Source: Geosiphon pyriformis uo1 (lineage: Eukaryota > Fungi > Glomeromycota). Taken from it: a DNA stretch of 64,000 bases. The DNA is taken from assembly GCA_016748015.1 (NCBI GenBank), contig JAAOMT010000436.1, positions 1,064,033 through 1,128,032 of the forward strand, read 5' to 3'. How positions within the stretch are numbered: position 1 is the first letter of the stretch; each line of letters opens with the position of its first letter. Position numbers and translations under genes: made by a program. Positions 50,955 to 64,000 of the stretch are shown here, piece after piece. The notes beneath the pieces are model-generated. The model was not told the origin of the DNA. It worked only from the letters and a program-made list of their open reading frames with translations, and did no database searches.

Positions 50955-51685
50955 GAACTGATCCAAAAATCTGATTTAATTACTTATATAATTGATATTA
51001 ATTTAAAACTTTAAACAATTTGAAATTTTAATTTAATTATTTATATAATCAATAATAATTTAAATCTTGAAACAATTCAAAACTCTGACTTAATTACTTA
51101 TATAATTAATAATAATTTAGAGCTTGAAACAATTTAAAACTTCAATTTAATTACTTATAAAATTAATAATAATTTAGAACTTGGAACAATTCAAAACTCT
51201 AATTTAATTATTTATATAATTAATAATAATTTAAAACTTAAAACAATTTGAAATTTTAATTTGATTATTTACAAAATTAGTAATAAGTTAAAATTTGAGA
51301 CAATTCAAAACTCTAACTTGATTACTCATATAATTGATAATAATTTAGAACTTGGGATAATTTAAAACTCTGACTTGATTATTTACAAGATCAATAATAA
51401 TTTAAAACTTAAAACAATTCAAAACTTCAACTTAATTATTCATAAAATTAATGATAATTTAGAACTTAGAACAATTCAAAACTTCAATTTGATTACTCAT
51501 ATAATTAATAATAATTTAAAACTTAGAACAATTTAAAACTATAACTTAATTACTCACAAAATTAGTAATAATTTAAAACTTAAGACAATTCAAAATTCTG
51601 ACTTGATTATTTACACAATTAATAATAATTTAAAACTTGAGACAATTTGAAACTTTAACTTAATTACTTACATAATTAATAATTA
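50955..51685. repeat. Tandem array, 57-bp unit, ~12-13 diverged copies
   Basis: Unit approximately AAACAATTCAAAACTCTGACTTAATTACTTATATAATTAATAATAATTTAGAACTTG; AACAATT recurs every 57 nt (51014, 51071, 51128...). Confidence 0.9.
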
Positions 51686-52948
51686 TTCTGTTAAATAAGT
51701 AATGTTATATTATCATATAGCATTTTTAATCATAAAAATATTGATTTGTTTTACTGCAATTTTACTAGAATTAGCAGAATTTAAACTAAATTTAGTATCT
51801 GAAATAATTTATACTAATAGTAAAAAGTTATAAGTTATTAGATATTACAGATATAAGTTATAAACATAAAAATTTTTTAATTACTAAATTAGTAGATTCA
51901 AAATGCTATAACTTATTACAGATTATGAGTTATCTTAATATGAGTTATTTTAGGTTTGATTGTAGTAATTTTTGATTTTTTTTAATATTTATTAAAACTA
52001 ATTATGTTATTTTAACTAAAAATAAAAATATAGCTTGTATTATTTTTTTATTTTGTAATATAATAATAATTTTTTATATATTTAACATTAAAAAAATTTG
52101 TTTTGAATATTTTAAATTAAATTTTGTATATATTTTATTAAGGTTCTGATGTTCAGTTTGGTTTGATTTGGTTTGAGTTCAATTGAATTATTAAATTAAA
52201 CTAAACTTAAACAAAAGATTTGGCAAAATTTTAAATTCAAATTCAAACCAGACTTAAAATTACCAAACTTAAATCAAACTCAAACACATATAACAAGTCT
52301 GATTTAAGTTTAATTCGAAGTTCATAAACATGTTCAAGTTTAATTATTAAAAACATTATATTATACTATATTATTATTTAATTTTTTTTTCAATAGTTCT
52401 TAAAAACACTGTACTATTCCTATAGTTTTAGGCACTAAGTAAAATTTCATATTTGTAATCATATTCTCACTTGCAAAAAAGACATATTTAAAAGCAACAA
52501 ATAATTCTTGGATTGTTAAATAATTATGAGCCATATATGCAAGATAAAAAAATTGTGTTTAATATGCCTAAATATCGAATTATTAATAATAATATGGTTG
52601 AAACCCATACTTTTTATTAGTTATTACATGTATTAATCATTGATGTCATATAATTAGCCACTTTATTTTTAGATAGTGATCATTAACTTGATTAATGACC
52701 TGATCATTAACCTGATTATTAATTTAATTATTAATTTGGTCATTAATCACTTTTAATAGCTATATAAATAATAAGTCTCTTAGCTATAGAAAGATATGAT
52801 CAAAGTAACAAAATAAAATTCACTATTAATTACTTTTTTTTATATTGCTTATTTCCTTTTCTTTATTTTCAAGTATCTGAACATCTTGGGATAAAAGATT
52901 ACTTGTTGGCATTCATATATTTTATCTTTTTTTTTTCTTGATTTATAT

Positions 52949-53738
52949 TGTTAGAATTAGCTTAAGAAGTAATTGCTTGTTTTTGTGATTTATTAAATAA
53001 AGAAATAATTAAGAAGCACAACAATATCTGTTATTAATTCTAAAAATTGCCAAGTTGAAGCATAAAATAATAGCAGTAGTGTTATTTTGTTAACAATTAT
53101 AGACTATTCCTCTATTTTCAGATTTTCAAAAAAAATTTATAACTGTAATTTTTATAAGACTGATTATGCACATTGAATCTTTACTCATTCAATTTACTTT
53201 TTTATTGTAATTTTCTCTTTGATTATTTCTATAAAAAAAAATAATAAAATAATAAAAAAATAATAAAAATAATAAAAAGAGAATAATGAAATAAGCCAAG
53301 ACAAAAGAAAGTTAGTATCTCGTTAATAGCTATAATTAAAAGCTATTGTTCTAGGATGGTTAAATATCAGTAATTATCAACATGAATTGTTGATAAATAG
53401 AAAGATGAATTGCAATATTTTAATAACTATTTTATTAATATTTGATGTTTTTACTTTAAGTTATAAAATACTATCATATGAAAGGATAAGTATAGGATTA
53501 AAACTGAAGATTCTAAGCTAAAGATTCTGTTTTTTTCTGCTTTTAATGCTACTGTTATATATACATAAATTTTATTGTACAAGATTCTTTGAATTTCTTA
53601 ATTTTCTAGCCAGAAATTCTAAAATTTCAGGAATCCTGTAATTTTTTGAGAGAAATTCTGGAATTCCACTTTTACTATGTTTTATTTTGATTGGCTAATT
53701 ATGTATTAATATATAATTTTTATATTTTATGAGTAACA
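52949..53738 (-). repeat. B-family-related LTR (E), eroded
   Basis: Ends TATGAGTAACA like the B LTRs; shares AATAGCTATAATTAAAAGCTATTGTTCTAG and GATTCTG...TATATATACATAA blocks. Left end TGTTAG at 52949 is tentative. Confidence 0.7.
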
Positions 53739-56700
53739 ACATTCATAAAAACTCTTCATTAGCACACTTAGGAAGAAACAATATAATCCAAAGAACACTT
53801 GAATATTATTTTTGGCCATACATATACTAAGATATTTGACAATATATAGAATTATGTAATAATTATTAAAGAAAAAGAAGAATTTACCCTATTGAATCTT
53901 TAAATTTAATCAAAGTTGGACAACTTTTTGACAAAATGAAAATCAATTTAGTCAAACTATTACTCATTACAATCCAAGGAAATTATTATATTATAGTTAT
54001 AGTAGATTATCTCACCAAATAGCCTAAAACCAGAGCTATTTAAAAAGCAAACACAAAATTAGTAGCAAATTTCATTTATAAAAACATTATTTGTAAACAT
54101 AAATCCCCAATTAAACTCTTATCTAATCAAAGAACACACTTTGTAAACAATTTAATACAAAGAATTTGTAAATAATTCAAGATCAAAAAACTTTTATTAT
54201 TACTTTCTTATTCTAACAAATAGATTAGTAGAATATTTTAACTGAACATTGTGTAAATTACTAGCCAAAGTTTTAACTAATTTTGAGTAAAAATAGAATA
54301 TCTTTATTTCATTAATGTTATTAGCATATAGAATATTAAAACAAAATACTATAAAACACATACCATTTGATTTTACCTATAGAAAAACAGCAATGCTACT
54401 AATTAATTTTATTGTGAAAACATATTTAGTACAACCAATTAACAAAAAAAACTTTTAAGAGACATTATAATAAAAAGTTTACATTTTTTTTAGTACATTA
54501 AAAGGAAAAAAATAAATAGTAGCAACTTATATTAAATACTTTCAAGCTTAACAAAAAGAACAACATAACAAAAAATTGTTACCAGTTACTAATAAATTTA
54601 AAATTGAAAACAAAGTTTTCTTATACAGAACTAAAACTGAAAAAAATAAAGTGGAAAATTTGAACATAAATAGAACAGACAATTTTATATTCATAAAATT
54701 TTAGATAATAAATCATACAAGTTAAAACTTGATGACAAAATTCTAACCAAAGTTGTACATAAAGATTGATTAAAACATTATTATTTTAGAAACAATTTTG
54801 AACTATTAATTTCACAAATTAGTATATATTTTTTGTTAATTAATCCAAAGATATTCCTTGATATTTAGAACTAATAGTTATTATAAAACAACAACCAAGT
54901 TTGAACATTTAATTTAAAATAATACAGAAACATTAAACAAAAATAGTAAAATAACTACCAAAAAATACAAAACCAAAAATAGATAAAAATCTCTATACCA
55001 AAAATAATTTCTTTTTTATTTTTTTGTTTTACAAAATTTATTTATAATGTTTATTTCCTGAAACATTTAACAAATATTCCAAAAATTAATGTTAGCTTTA
55101 AAAACACTTTCTGACTTATTTATAATAATCAATAGAAATCAAATTAATTATATTCAAAAAAAAACTACAGTCTTAATAGTAAATAATTTTTAGAAATATT
55201 ATTCTTATAAAAAAAACACAAGAAATCATTCTGAAAGTCAATTACCAAAACTTTTAAAACAAGTTTTGAAAAAAAAATTATTGTTCATACCTATTAATAT
55301 TTTTTTAAATGTCACAATACAACAAAAACTTCAAATGTGTTTTAATGAAAGCAGTGAATATATCTCTAATTATTAATATTTTCAAATTAAAAAAACACTG
55401 TACCAATGAAAACTAGAATTTGAAGCAACCAATCTTATTTTTAAAGCTATATAAAAGTGAATACACAATAAATTCAAGACAACAACTAGACCAATAAATG
55501 CTTGCTACAAACCCAGAACAGCTTTTAGACTCCATAACTTATTTAATACATGTAAAAACATTCTACAAAATCCAATATTTTAACCAATAAAGATTTAATA
55601 TATTGGCAAGTTTACAGAACTGAAATTTCAACAATTTTTAAACCAAATTATTTTAATAATCTTGGATTATTATCTCGAAATCACAGATAGTACTTGGATT
55701 TTAATAAAGTTTAGTCTTAAAAAAAATTATGTTATTAGTAGAATTTTAGTCATAAATTAACATAAAATTACTCTTATAATTTCTATTATTAATTAATATA
55801 TATTAATATTGTTTCAATTATTACTTATTACTTAATTAAATTATTAAATATTATTATTTAATTAATAATCCAATTTGTACAATAAAAATTAAGATGATTA
55901 AATAACATAATACTTCAAACTATATAACATTCAAGAATTTGCTGAAATTTGTAGAAATTTGCCAAAATAATAAATAGTTTACTAAAATAGTTAATAATTT
56001 GTCAAAATAACTTGTAGTTCGACAAAATATATCTTTAGTTTATTAAAATTATAATAAAAAAAAAAGTTCAAGTTTATAGACTAATATTACAACAAATTAT
56101 ATAAAAAAAAAACTTCTCTCTTTGAAAAAATATATCTTATTATAGATATCTTAGTTAAAATTTATCATTGTTAGTATAATTCAAAATAAAATATATTTTA
56201 AAAACTAATTTTTTTAGTTATTACATTTAAAATTCTCCAAAACTCAACTAATGTTTTGAAATTAATTAGCTATTAATTTTAGTAATTTGTTAATAACTCC
56301 AGATCTAAATAGAAAACAATTTTTTTAACAAAATTCTATTTCTTTTACATTTTCTTTATTTTTCTCTTTATTTTTCTTTTTTTTTCTTAATATAATTATT
56401 AGGGTAGCTTATAAACAAGATTTTTGTAGAAAAGTTGATTTTTACCACAAAGTAACTATATATTTTTAGTGAGCTTCTAAACAAACAATTCTTGGAAAAG
56501 AATTGACTTTTACTACAAAGTAACTATACATTTTTAGTAAGCTTCCAAACAAGCAATTTTTGAAAAAAAGTTGATGTTTACTACAACATAACTATACAAA
56601 ATAATTGGTATAGAATTGGCTATTTTACTTATAAGCCCAGTAGTTTAAATTATAAAAGATAATTTAAAAATAAATTCAGTTATTGAAAGTTTACAAGCTT

Positions 56701-56774
56701 CTAATAAACAGAAATTAACAACAATTAAACATTAAACAACATTTAAAAAAAGAGACCAAAAATTTTTGGTAATA
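53739..56774 (+). mobile_element. Hypermutated 3' half of an A-family Gypsy element (integrase, ORF3, PPT, 3' LTR 55730-56774)
   Basis: Colinear with the reverse complement of ~25560-23553 and with the A LTR; differences dominated by G->A and C->T. Confidence 0.9.
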
Positions 56775-59700
56775 TTATCAATTTTTTTTTTCTTATTATT
56801 ATTAAAATTTGTCTCTAATATAGATTGTATAACTGATACTATAATATTATTAAAATTGCTATTTAACAAAAAACTGTTATTTGATATTGGTATAATGTTT
56901 AGTGTGTACTCTATTTCAAAAAGAGTATATATTCTAAAGGTTTATTTATTATATAAAAGTTGGAAAATAAAACTGTTTGAATAAATTAATAACTTACAAT
57001 TCTTTTATTTTATTAATATTGTTATCTAAAAATTCTCTTTTTGTGAAATAATAGAATTTTCTCCTTGGATTCAATGCAGTATAAAATATTACAGTTGTAT
57101 TTGTTTTAGAGTAATATTTAACCAACTTTCCTCTTATTGCCTTAGCTATTATAACAAATAATAGATTTAATATTAAATATATTAAATAAATAACTAAATA
57201 AATACAATTAAAATTATAATGTTTTATTAGATTCATTATTATTAACTGTATCTTTAACATAATTAAAAATGATATTAAAGAAAGAAATAATTAAAGAGAC
57301 AGTATTATTTGAACCAACTAATATTTTAACCATAATATCTTTAAATAATTTAAGAAATTTAGCAATTTTATCAAAAACAGACCATTAATTATATAAAATA
57401 ACATATTGATAAAGATCAATATAAGTACTAGTAAAAGTGTTTAATGCCTATAAATTTACAGTTAGAATTTTTATATTTAAAATATATTGAATCAAAAATA
57501 AATAACTTGTTAATTTAAGAGATAACTCATTCCTAATTATGTTATAAGTAGAATTCTACCAAGTAGAACAATTCAGAATAGATTTATAGTATTTAATTTG
57601 ATATGTATTACAGATATGTTTAAGAAGCTCAAAATATTAAGATAAAATACAAATTGCAGAGTTAAGTTCTCTAATCTTTAATTTATACAAAGTTTACATT
57701 AAAAAAATTTCAGGTAAATATATTTGATTTGGGTTTTTAATAAATACCTTGAAAACATTATTTTTTATTTCATTTAAGGCTGTTTGTACTGCCAAGTTTA
57801 GAATATGATCAAAACATTAAAATTAAAAGTCCTTTAAGTTTCATTGAATGTTTTTTTTTTAATTTTTTTACTAACTTTTTTATAAAAATATTATTATTTG
57901 CAATATTATTGAGAATAATAACAAAAAGCTGTCAAAAAAAAATTAAGTTATAACTAATATAAAAAGAAAGTAAGTATAATTCTTTTTTAAACTTTTTTCT
58001 TAATCTTTTTGGCTGAAAATTTGGCTTAAAATAATAATAAAAACCATTTAAACTAATATTAAAAAAATGCAGTTTTTAATACTATGAGCACTATAATAAC
58101 TCTGAACTTTAGATAATACTAATGTTAAAAACCAATTTAAGTTAATATTAAAAAAATGTGATTTTTAATAATATGAGCATTATGATAACTTTGAGCTTCA
58201 AATAATACTAATATGCTGTATAGTATGCTAATTTTATTATTGGTCATTGGCTAATTCAAATTTATACCAAAATATATGTACATACTTTGATATAATTCTA
58301 TAATTTTTAAATATTTTAAAAAATCTATTTACAATGTTTATTCTATTATGTTATCTACTCATTAATCAAAAATCAATTATTGTTTATTAAAGATCTTAAT
58401 TATTATTAATATAATAAGCAGTAATGAAAACAAAAATATTATTATTAGGAGATATTCAGAGATCTGATATAAAAAAAACTTTGGACTTGATAATACCTAA
58501 GTATGAATAAAAAAAAAGAAATATTTTATAATAAAAATAGTGCTTATTCTTAATTTTTGTCTACCCAAGATATAAAGTTTTATGATTTTATTCTTAATTG
58601 TATTAGCACAAACAGGTTGAGAAATTGTTTTTAAATATTAGAATATTTTGATTAATTTAAAATTTTCTACTATAAAAAGTGATTGCTGGCAGTTGATAAG
58701 CCAAATAGTAATCATATCACAAAGTTTTTTATTATCAATATTAATAGTAATTATTACAAAAAACTAGAACAGTTTTCTAGTTAGATTAACCAAAAATCAT
58801 TAAAAAAATAACAATCTCATATGTTAAAACATTTTTTTAATTAACTTGTAATTTTTTTAAATATTTTGTCTTTTTTTATAATATTTTTCTATTGTAATAT
58901 ATATTGTCTGATAGAAAGTCTTTAAATAGTGCCATAAAAGTTTAATAGTGCCTATAATTCTACAAAAAAATAGTTTATATACACATTTTAAGACCATATA
59001 TTTGGCTGTTTTTTTTTCTTTTGTCCACTTAAACTTATAAAAATAGTCTTATATTTACTTTAAAAACTATGTTTACCAAATATATTAATATTTGGATTAT
59101 TTGGGTTATTAAATTCTATTATTTCGAATTTTAAATCTTTAATAACATTAAATAATGCCAATAATAAATTAATTTTGGTAAGTTGAAAAGTAGAATTATT
59201 ATACATATATAATTTTATATATCTTTTTAACTAATTATAATAATTAAAAAAAAAATAATTAATAAATAAGTAGTACAAGTTATATTTTTTTTAATTCTAT
59301 TAAACTTAAACAAATTTGTAAACTTTGAATCAAACTTGAACTAAACTCAAACTTATTAAAAAAGTTTAATGCTAAACTCAAATCAAATCTACTTTAAAAA
59401 ATTAGTTTAGTTCAAGTTTAGTTTATAATTCAAACCAAACTTAAACAACACCTAAAGTTTAGTTTGGTTTGGTTTAATCAAAACCCTATATTTTATATAT
59501 TTGTTTTAATTTGATATTTTTTTAATTATTAATAAAATTATTTGAATTCTAACTTTCTTAATAAATTTAAAAATACTATATATTATTTAATTTTTAAAAT
59601 AGTATTTGAATTTTTATTAATGATAAAAATAATGTTTAATTAAAATTGTTCTTTAATTTTAATTTTAATTTTAGTTTATTAATAAAATATTTTTATATTA

Positions 59701-60249
59701 AAATAATATTATGATAAGATAATTTCTTTTATAATATAATAACAAAATAATATAATTAAAATTAATTGTTTATAATAAAATTATATATATATATATATAA
59801 TTTAAAACAATAAAAATAAATAAATTATTGTTTATTATAAAATTATAACAAAAAATTGGCTTAATATAAAATTAATACTTTTTTCAATTTATAAAAAAAC
59901 TGTATATATAGTTAAATTACATAAATTTTATATATTATATTGGTATTATTTAATTATTTATATATATTAAATTAATTAATTTAATTTAAACTTATTTTGT
60001 ATATTATTTTTCTAAAAATTAAATAATTAAATTTAAATATAATTAATATAATTAAAAACAAATTAATTAATTATATTTTTTATACTTATTTTTAAAATAT
60101 AATTGTAAATTTAAAATTTTTTATATTTAATTTAAGTTTTAATTATACTGTATTATAATTTTGTTATAAATAAATTAATTGTTGATTTTTTATTTTTTTG
60201 TTGTTAATTAATATTGTTAAATTAATTTTAATATTATAACTTTTTTTTA

Positions 60250-61523
60250 TAGAATTTCAATTAAACTAAACTAAACCAAACTTTGGATATTGTTTAAGTT
60301 TGGTTCAAATTATAAATTGAACTTAAACCAAACTAATTTTTCAAAATAAGTTCAGTTTGAGTTTGGTATTAAACTTTTTTGACAAGTTTAAGTTTGGTTC
60401 AAAGTTTACAAATTTGTTTAAGTTTGATGAAATTAAAAGAAAATATAACTTGTACTATTTATTCATTAATTATTATTTTGTTTAATTACTATGATCAATT
60501 AAAAAGATATATAAAATTATGCATGTATAATAACTCTACTTTTTAACTTACTAAAATAAATTTATTGTTAGTATTATCCAATGTTACTAAAGATTTAAAA
60601 TTCAAAATAATAAAATTTGATAACTTAAATAGTCCAAATATTAATATATTTGGTAAACATAGTTTTTAAAGTAAATATAAAACTATTTTAATAAGTTTAA
60701 GTATATAAAAAAAAATAGTTAAATATATGATCTCAAAATATGTGTATAAATTATTTTTTTGTGTAATTATAGGTATTACTAAACTCTTATAACACTATTT
60801 AGAGACTTTTTATTAGACAATATATATTACAATAAAAAAATATTATAAAAAAAGACAAAATGTCTAAAAAGATTACAAGTTAATTAAAAAAATGTTTTAA
60901 CAAATAAGATTGCTATTTTTTTTTATGATTTTTGGCCAATCTAATTAGAAAACTGCTCTAGTTTTCTGTAATAACTACTATTAACATTAATAATAAAAAA
61001 CTTTGTAACATGATTACTATTTGGCTTATCAACTGCTAGCAATTATTTTTTATAGTAAAAAATTTTGAATTAATTGAAATATTCTAATATTTAAACACCA
61101 CTTTTCAACCTGTTTATGTTAATGCAATTAAGAATAAAGTCATAGAACTCTATGTTTTGAGTAAACAAAATTAAGAATAAGCACTACTTTTATTATAAAA
61201 TGTTTCTTTTTTTTACTTATACTTATAACATGATAGATATACTTAGATACTATTAAGTCCAAATTTTTTTTTACATCAGATCTCTAAATATTTTTCAATA
61301 ATAAAGTCTTTGTCTTTATTACTGTTTATTATATTAATGACAATTAAGATTTTTAACAAACAATAATTGATTTTGGATTAATGAATAAATGACATGATAA
61401 AATAAATATTGTAAATAGATTTTTTAAAATATTAAAAGATTATAAAATTACATTAAAAGTATGTACATATATTTTTGTATGAATTTGAATTAATTAATAA
61501 CCAATAATAAGATTGGCATACTA
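60250..61523 (+). mobile_element. Second copy of the hAT 5' end, inverted relative to 58221-59488, truncated
   Basis: Starts TAGAATTTCAAT (eroded TIR). About 1.27 kb of reverse-complement match to 58221-59488; homology stops abruptly at ~61523. Confidence 0.88.
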
Positions 61524-61599
61524 TTGTTATTTATAGAATATAGGAATTATATAATTAAAACTTCTTTCTCTTATTTATCCTAAATTTCCAGAAAGAGTC

Positions 61600-64000
61600 A
61601 AAAGTTTTTTTTTATCATTCAGTATGATAAAACCAAACCGTTTTTTGATTTTGAGGCCATTGTTGGCTCTAGTATTGCTGTTATGAAGAAGATTGCTGAA
61701 AAGTCTGGTTTTGGTGGTGGTTTCAAACCTGTTTTGTCAAGAAAAAAGAGAAAAGGTGTTGCTTTGGAAGAAGGTGTTAATGGCAAAAGAGTTCCGACTA
61801 AGGAGTTTGGTGGTCATTCTTGGGGTTCTGAGACTAATGACACTACTGAGTCTAAGAGTATTGATATGGAAGAGGAGTGTTTAATAGAAGAAACTAGCTT
61901 TAACTATGGTGAAAGTGGCACTATCATTGATGGGAAGCATAATCAAATGCCTAAGAGGCCAAGCATTAAAACTAAGAAAACTTTGGGCAAGCTGTTAAAA
62001 AAGATAAGCTTCTCAAGTCTTGATATCAATGATGATATTCTCTTGGATGCCTCCTTAGAACTTTCCTTTTCCTTGAAAAATTTGGTTTCTGTTTCTGTTA
62101 GAAAGTCTTTTGCTCTGGATATCGGATTGGACAGAGTGGTTAAAAAATTCTCTTAAGAGAAGTTCATAATGGTTAGAAGGTTGTTTCAAAAGTCAATGGT
62201 TTTAGGGAGGTTTCTACCCCCTTAAAATTTTCTGGGATCATCCGTGCTTCCTTCATTTCTGAAGTTAGCTTGGCGCAGGCTATGGAAAAGGCAAGAGCAG
62301 CAGACATTTTGGTAAACACCAATCTCAAGAAATCTACTGGTTGTTTAGATCGGGCTGTAGTGATAAAGGAAATTCCAGTTGGAACATTGGCTGAGGCTGT
62401 GTGTGCTGCGCTATCTGAATTTGGAATAATTAAGTCGATCAAAATGCAATTAGTGGAGCTGTGGCAAAAAGCTATAGTAGAATTTGAGCAATTGGATCAG
62501 GCTGATTTAGTCACAGATAAGTAGTCTATTCTGATCAGAAAGAATGCCATATGTGTTGCTAGGGCTGATTTAGACAAAAAAATGTGGAATAAGAGAGATT
62601 ATCATAAGGCACTGCTCTATACTTTGCCAATGGGAACTAATGCTCATGATATTTGAGACTTTGTTCAATCTGTGGATGAGAAAACTTGTATCATCAATCA
62701 CCATCCAGTTACATATGCTCAGACCAGGTGTGCTGTTGTTTGCTTCAAATCTGCTGAGTTTTTGGATGTTGTTATGGGAACCACACTGGTGTTTAAGGGC
62801 ACTAATTTACGTTGGTCTAGTCTTGTTTCTGTCAGGTGTGCCAAGTGTGGGAAGTTAGATCATATGTCATTAAACTGTACTAAAAGTGGGAAGGTTTTTT
62901 CTAGTAGTTTATTTTATAAGGTGCTATTGGATGCAGATAAAAGCAGGCTGACTGCAATATATGCCAAACAATCTGCTCCAGTTGCTTGTCCCATTTCTTT
63001 TGGTGGTTTTTCTTGGGCAAAGGTTGTGAGTGGGTCTTCTTTTCTCCCTCTTTCTGGCCGAATTGTTTCAGTAAATGTTGGCTCCTCTTTGGAAATGAAG
63101 CCATCCCTACTAGTTGTGACAAAAATCAATGATAGGTTTGCCGCTCTTAAGTGCAGTCTCACCAGCCTTGCAGAGCATGTTGACATGCTGGCTAAGAAAT
63201 TGGAAACATCTAAGCCAATAGTTTCCCAGCTTAGTCTTGGATGTCAGCTGTTAGTGACCCTTTCATCACAGAATCAAAAAGTGGATACAGTAATGAGTGA
63301 GGGTTTGGGTGTGGCCACTGATGGTAAGACTGTTGCAAAGGCAGTGGTTTTCGATTCCTCTGTTATTGAAAAAATGGAAGACACTTTAAAAAATCTTGCA
63401 ATTACAGTTATGGGCCTTTTGGCCAAAATGGACAATGCCAGTTTGGTTTCTGCTGGTTTCTTCTCTCAATGACAAATCTAATCTGGAAAGTTGCTATATG
63501 CAATATTAGAAGCATGAACAATCCTGTGAAGCAAGATGATATTGTGCATTGGCATAAGGACATGAACAATCTAATTTCAATTTTTACAGAAACTAAGCTA
63601 AAAGGGAGGATGCGTTCTTAGATTGTTAAAAGATATGAGAATGTCTGTGTGTTTACTTCTGGGTTGGACTTTGATTACTTGGGGTCAGGTGTTATAGTGG
63701 TCATAAATGCTTCTTTGGCTAGACATGTGTGTAAAATTTCTGAGGTACCTGGTTGGCTCATCTGTATCAGGCTGCTTTTTAAAAATAAGCTTTCTGTCTT
63801 GATTTTGGGGCTTTATGCTGGTGCATCTCCCATGATCTGTTTTTCTCAGGCTAATGAAATCAATTCACTTGTGGCTAGAGCTGTGAATAAATCTTCTTTT
63901 GTTATTTTTGGTGGTAATTTCAATGAAAATGGTTCTCATAGATGTGCCAGCTTTAAAAAATGTCTTGATCTAAGGTTAGTCAATTCTTTGGTTGGGAGTT
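61600..64000 (+). mobile_element. Second LINE of the same lineage: ORF1 (~61683-63472, disrupted) and start of ORF2 endonuclease (63469 to beyond window)
   Basis: VVIKEIPVGT, ALLYTLPMGTNAHDI, CAKCGKLDHMSLNC; ORF2 MTNLIWKVAICNIRS...FTETKL...GGNFN homologous to 45045 onward. Left boundary approximate. Confidence 0.9.

Larger units (their letters stand above)
52139..59488 (-). mobile_element. hAT-superfamily DNA transposon, eroded, with nested LTR material at 52949-56774
   Basis: TIRs TAAGGTTCTGAT (52139) and revcomp TAGGGTTTTGAT (ending 59488). Perfect 8-bp TSD TATTTTAT (52131-52138, 59489-59496). AAACC/AAACT subterminal repeats. Minus-strand transposase remnants: LNCSTW*NSTY (~57545-57575, = DxxTRWNSTY), KLVKYYSKT...ALNPRRKF (56994-57260), dimerisation domain LAYMAHNYLTIQ...FKYVFFASENMIT...LVPKTI (~52420-52560). 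Confidence 0.88.

Noticed and set aside
50955-51685. CRISPR-like regular array
   Set aside because: Units are contiguous with no unique spacers, no cas genes, eukaryotic context; it is a tandem repeat.
52945-53742. ATAT/ACAT as a TSD making LTR E a clean solo insertion
   Set aside because: Left flank is hAT sequence and right flank is Gypsy integrase, so they are not a continuous target; a deletion or recombination is more likely.
58221-61523. Single foldback/Mutator-type element with long TIRs
   Set aside because: The hAT terminal motifs point inward and the left arm belongs to an element with its own 8-bp TSD, so these are two separate hAT ends.

Overview
Eukaryotic, intron-rich fungal DNA. 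Gene content and transposon style suggest Mucoromycota/Glomeromycotina (Geosiphon/Ambispora-like); this is inference, not proof. Bases 1-19.9 kb are a compact host gene island: SMC2 3' end, fibrillarin NOP1, SF3B5 (missed by the ORF track), GPI7, endonuclease III, DBP9 and a ZAP1-like zinc-finger factor, with one AT-eroded LINE remnant at 2.7-4.8 kb. Bases 20-64 kb are almost all transposons. (i) A nest of four LTR insertions resolvable by 4-bp target-site duplications (TSDs). Ty3/Gypsy element B (20969-42084) holds solo LTR C, which holds full-length element A (23073-32465); insertion D sits in B's 5' LTR. (ii) A full-length APE-RT-RNaseH LINE. (iii) A 57-bp tandem array. (iv) A hAT DNA transposon with 8-bp TSD that carries an LTR and a heavily eroded A-family copy. 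(v) An inverted second hAT end and a second LINE. The best candidate for an undescribed system is the A/B Gypsy lineage. Both divergent elements share Gag-CCHC, protease, an unrecognised Cys-rich domain, dUTPase, a possible degenerate dUTPase-like domain, RT, RNase H and integrase, plus a homologous ~210-235 aa third ORF in the env position that is not env-like. A second major signal is repeat-restricted, graded C->T/G->A hypermutation that includes non-CpG contexts (RIP-like). All alignments and translations beyond the ORF track were done by eye.
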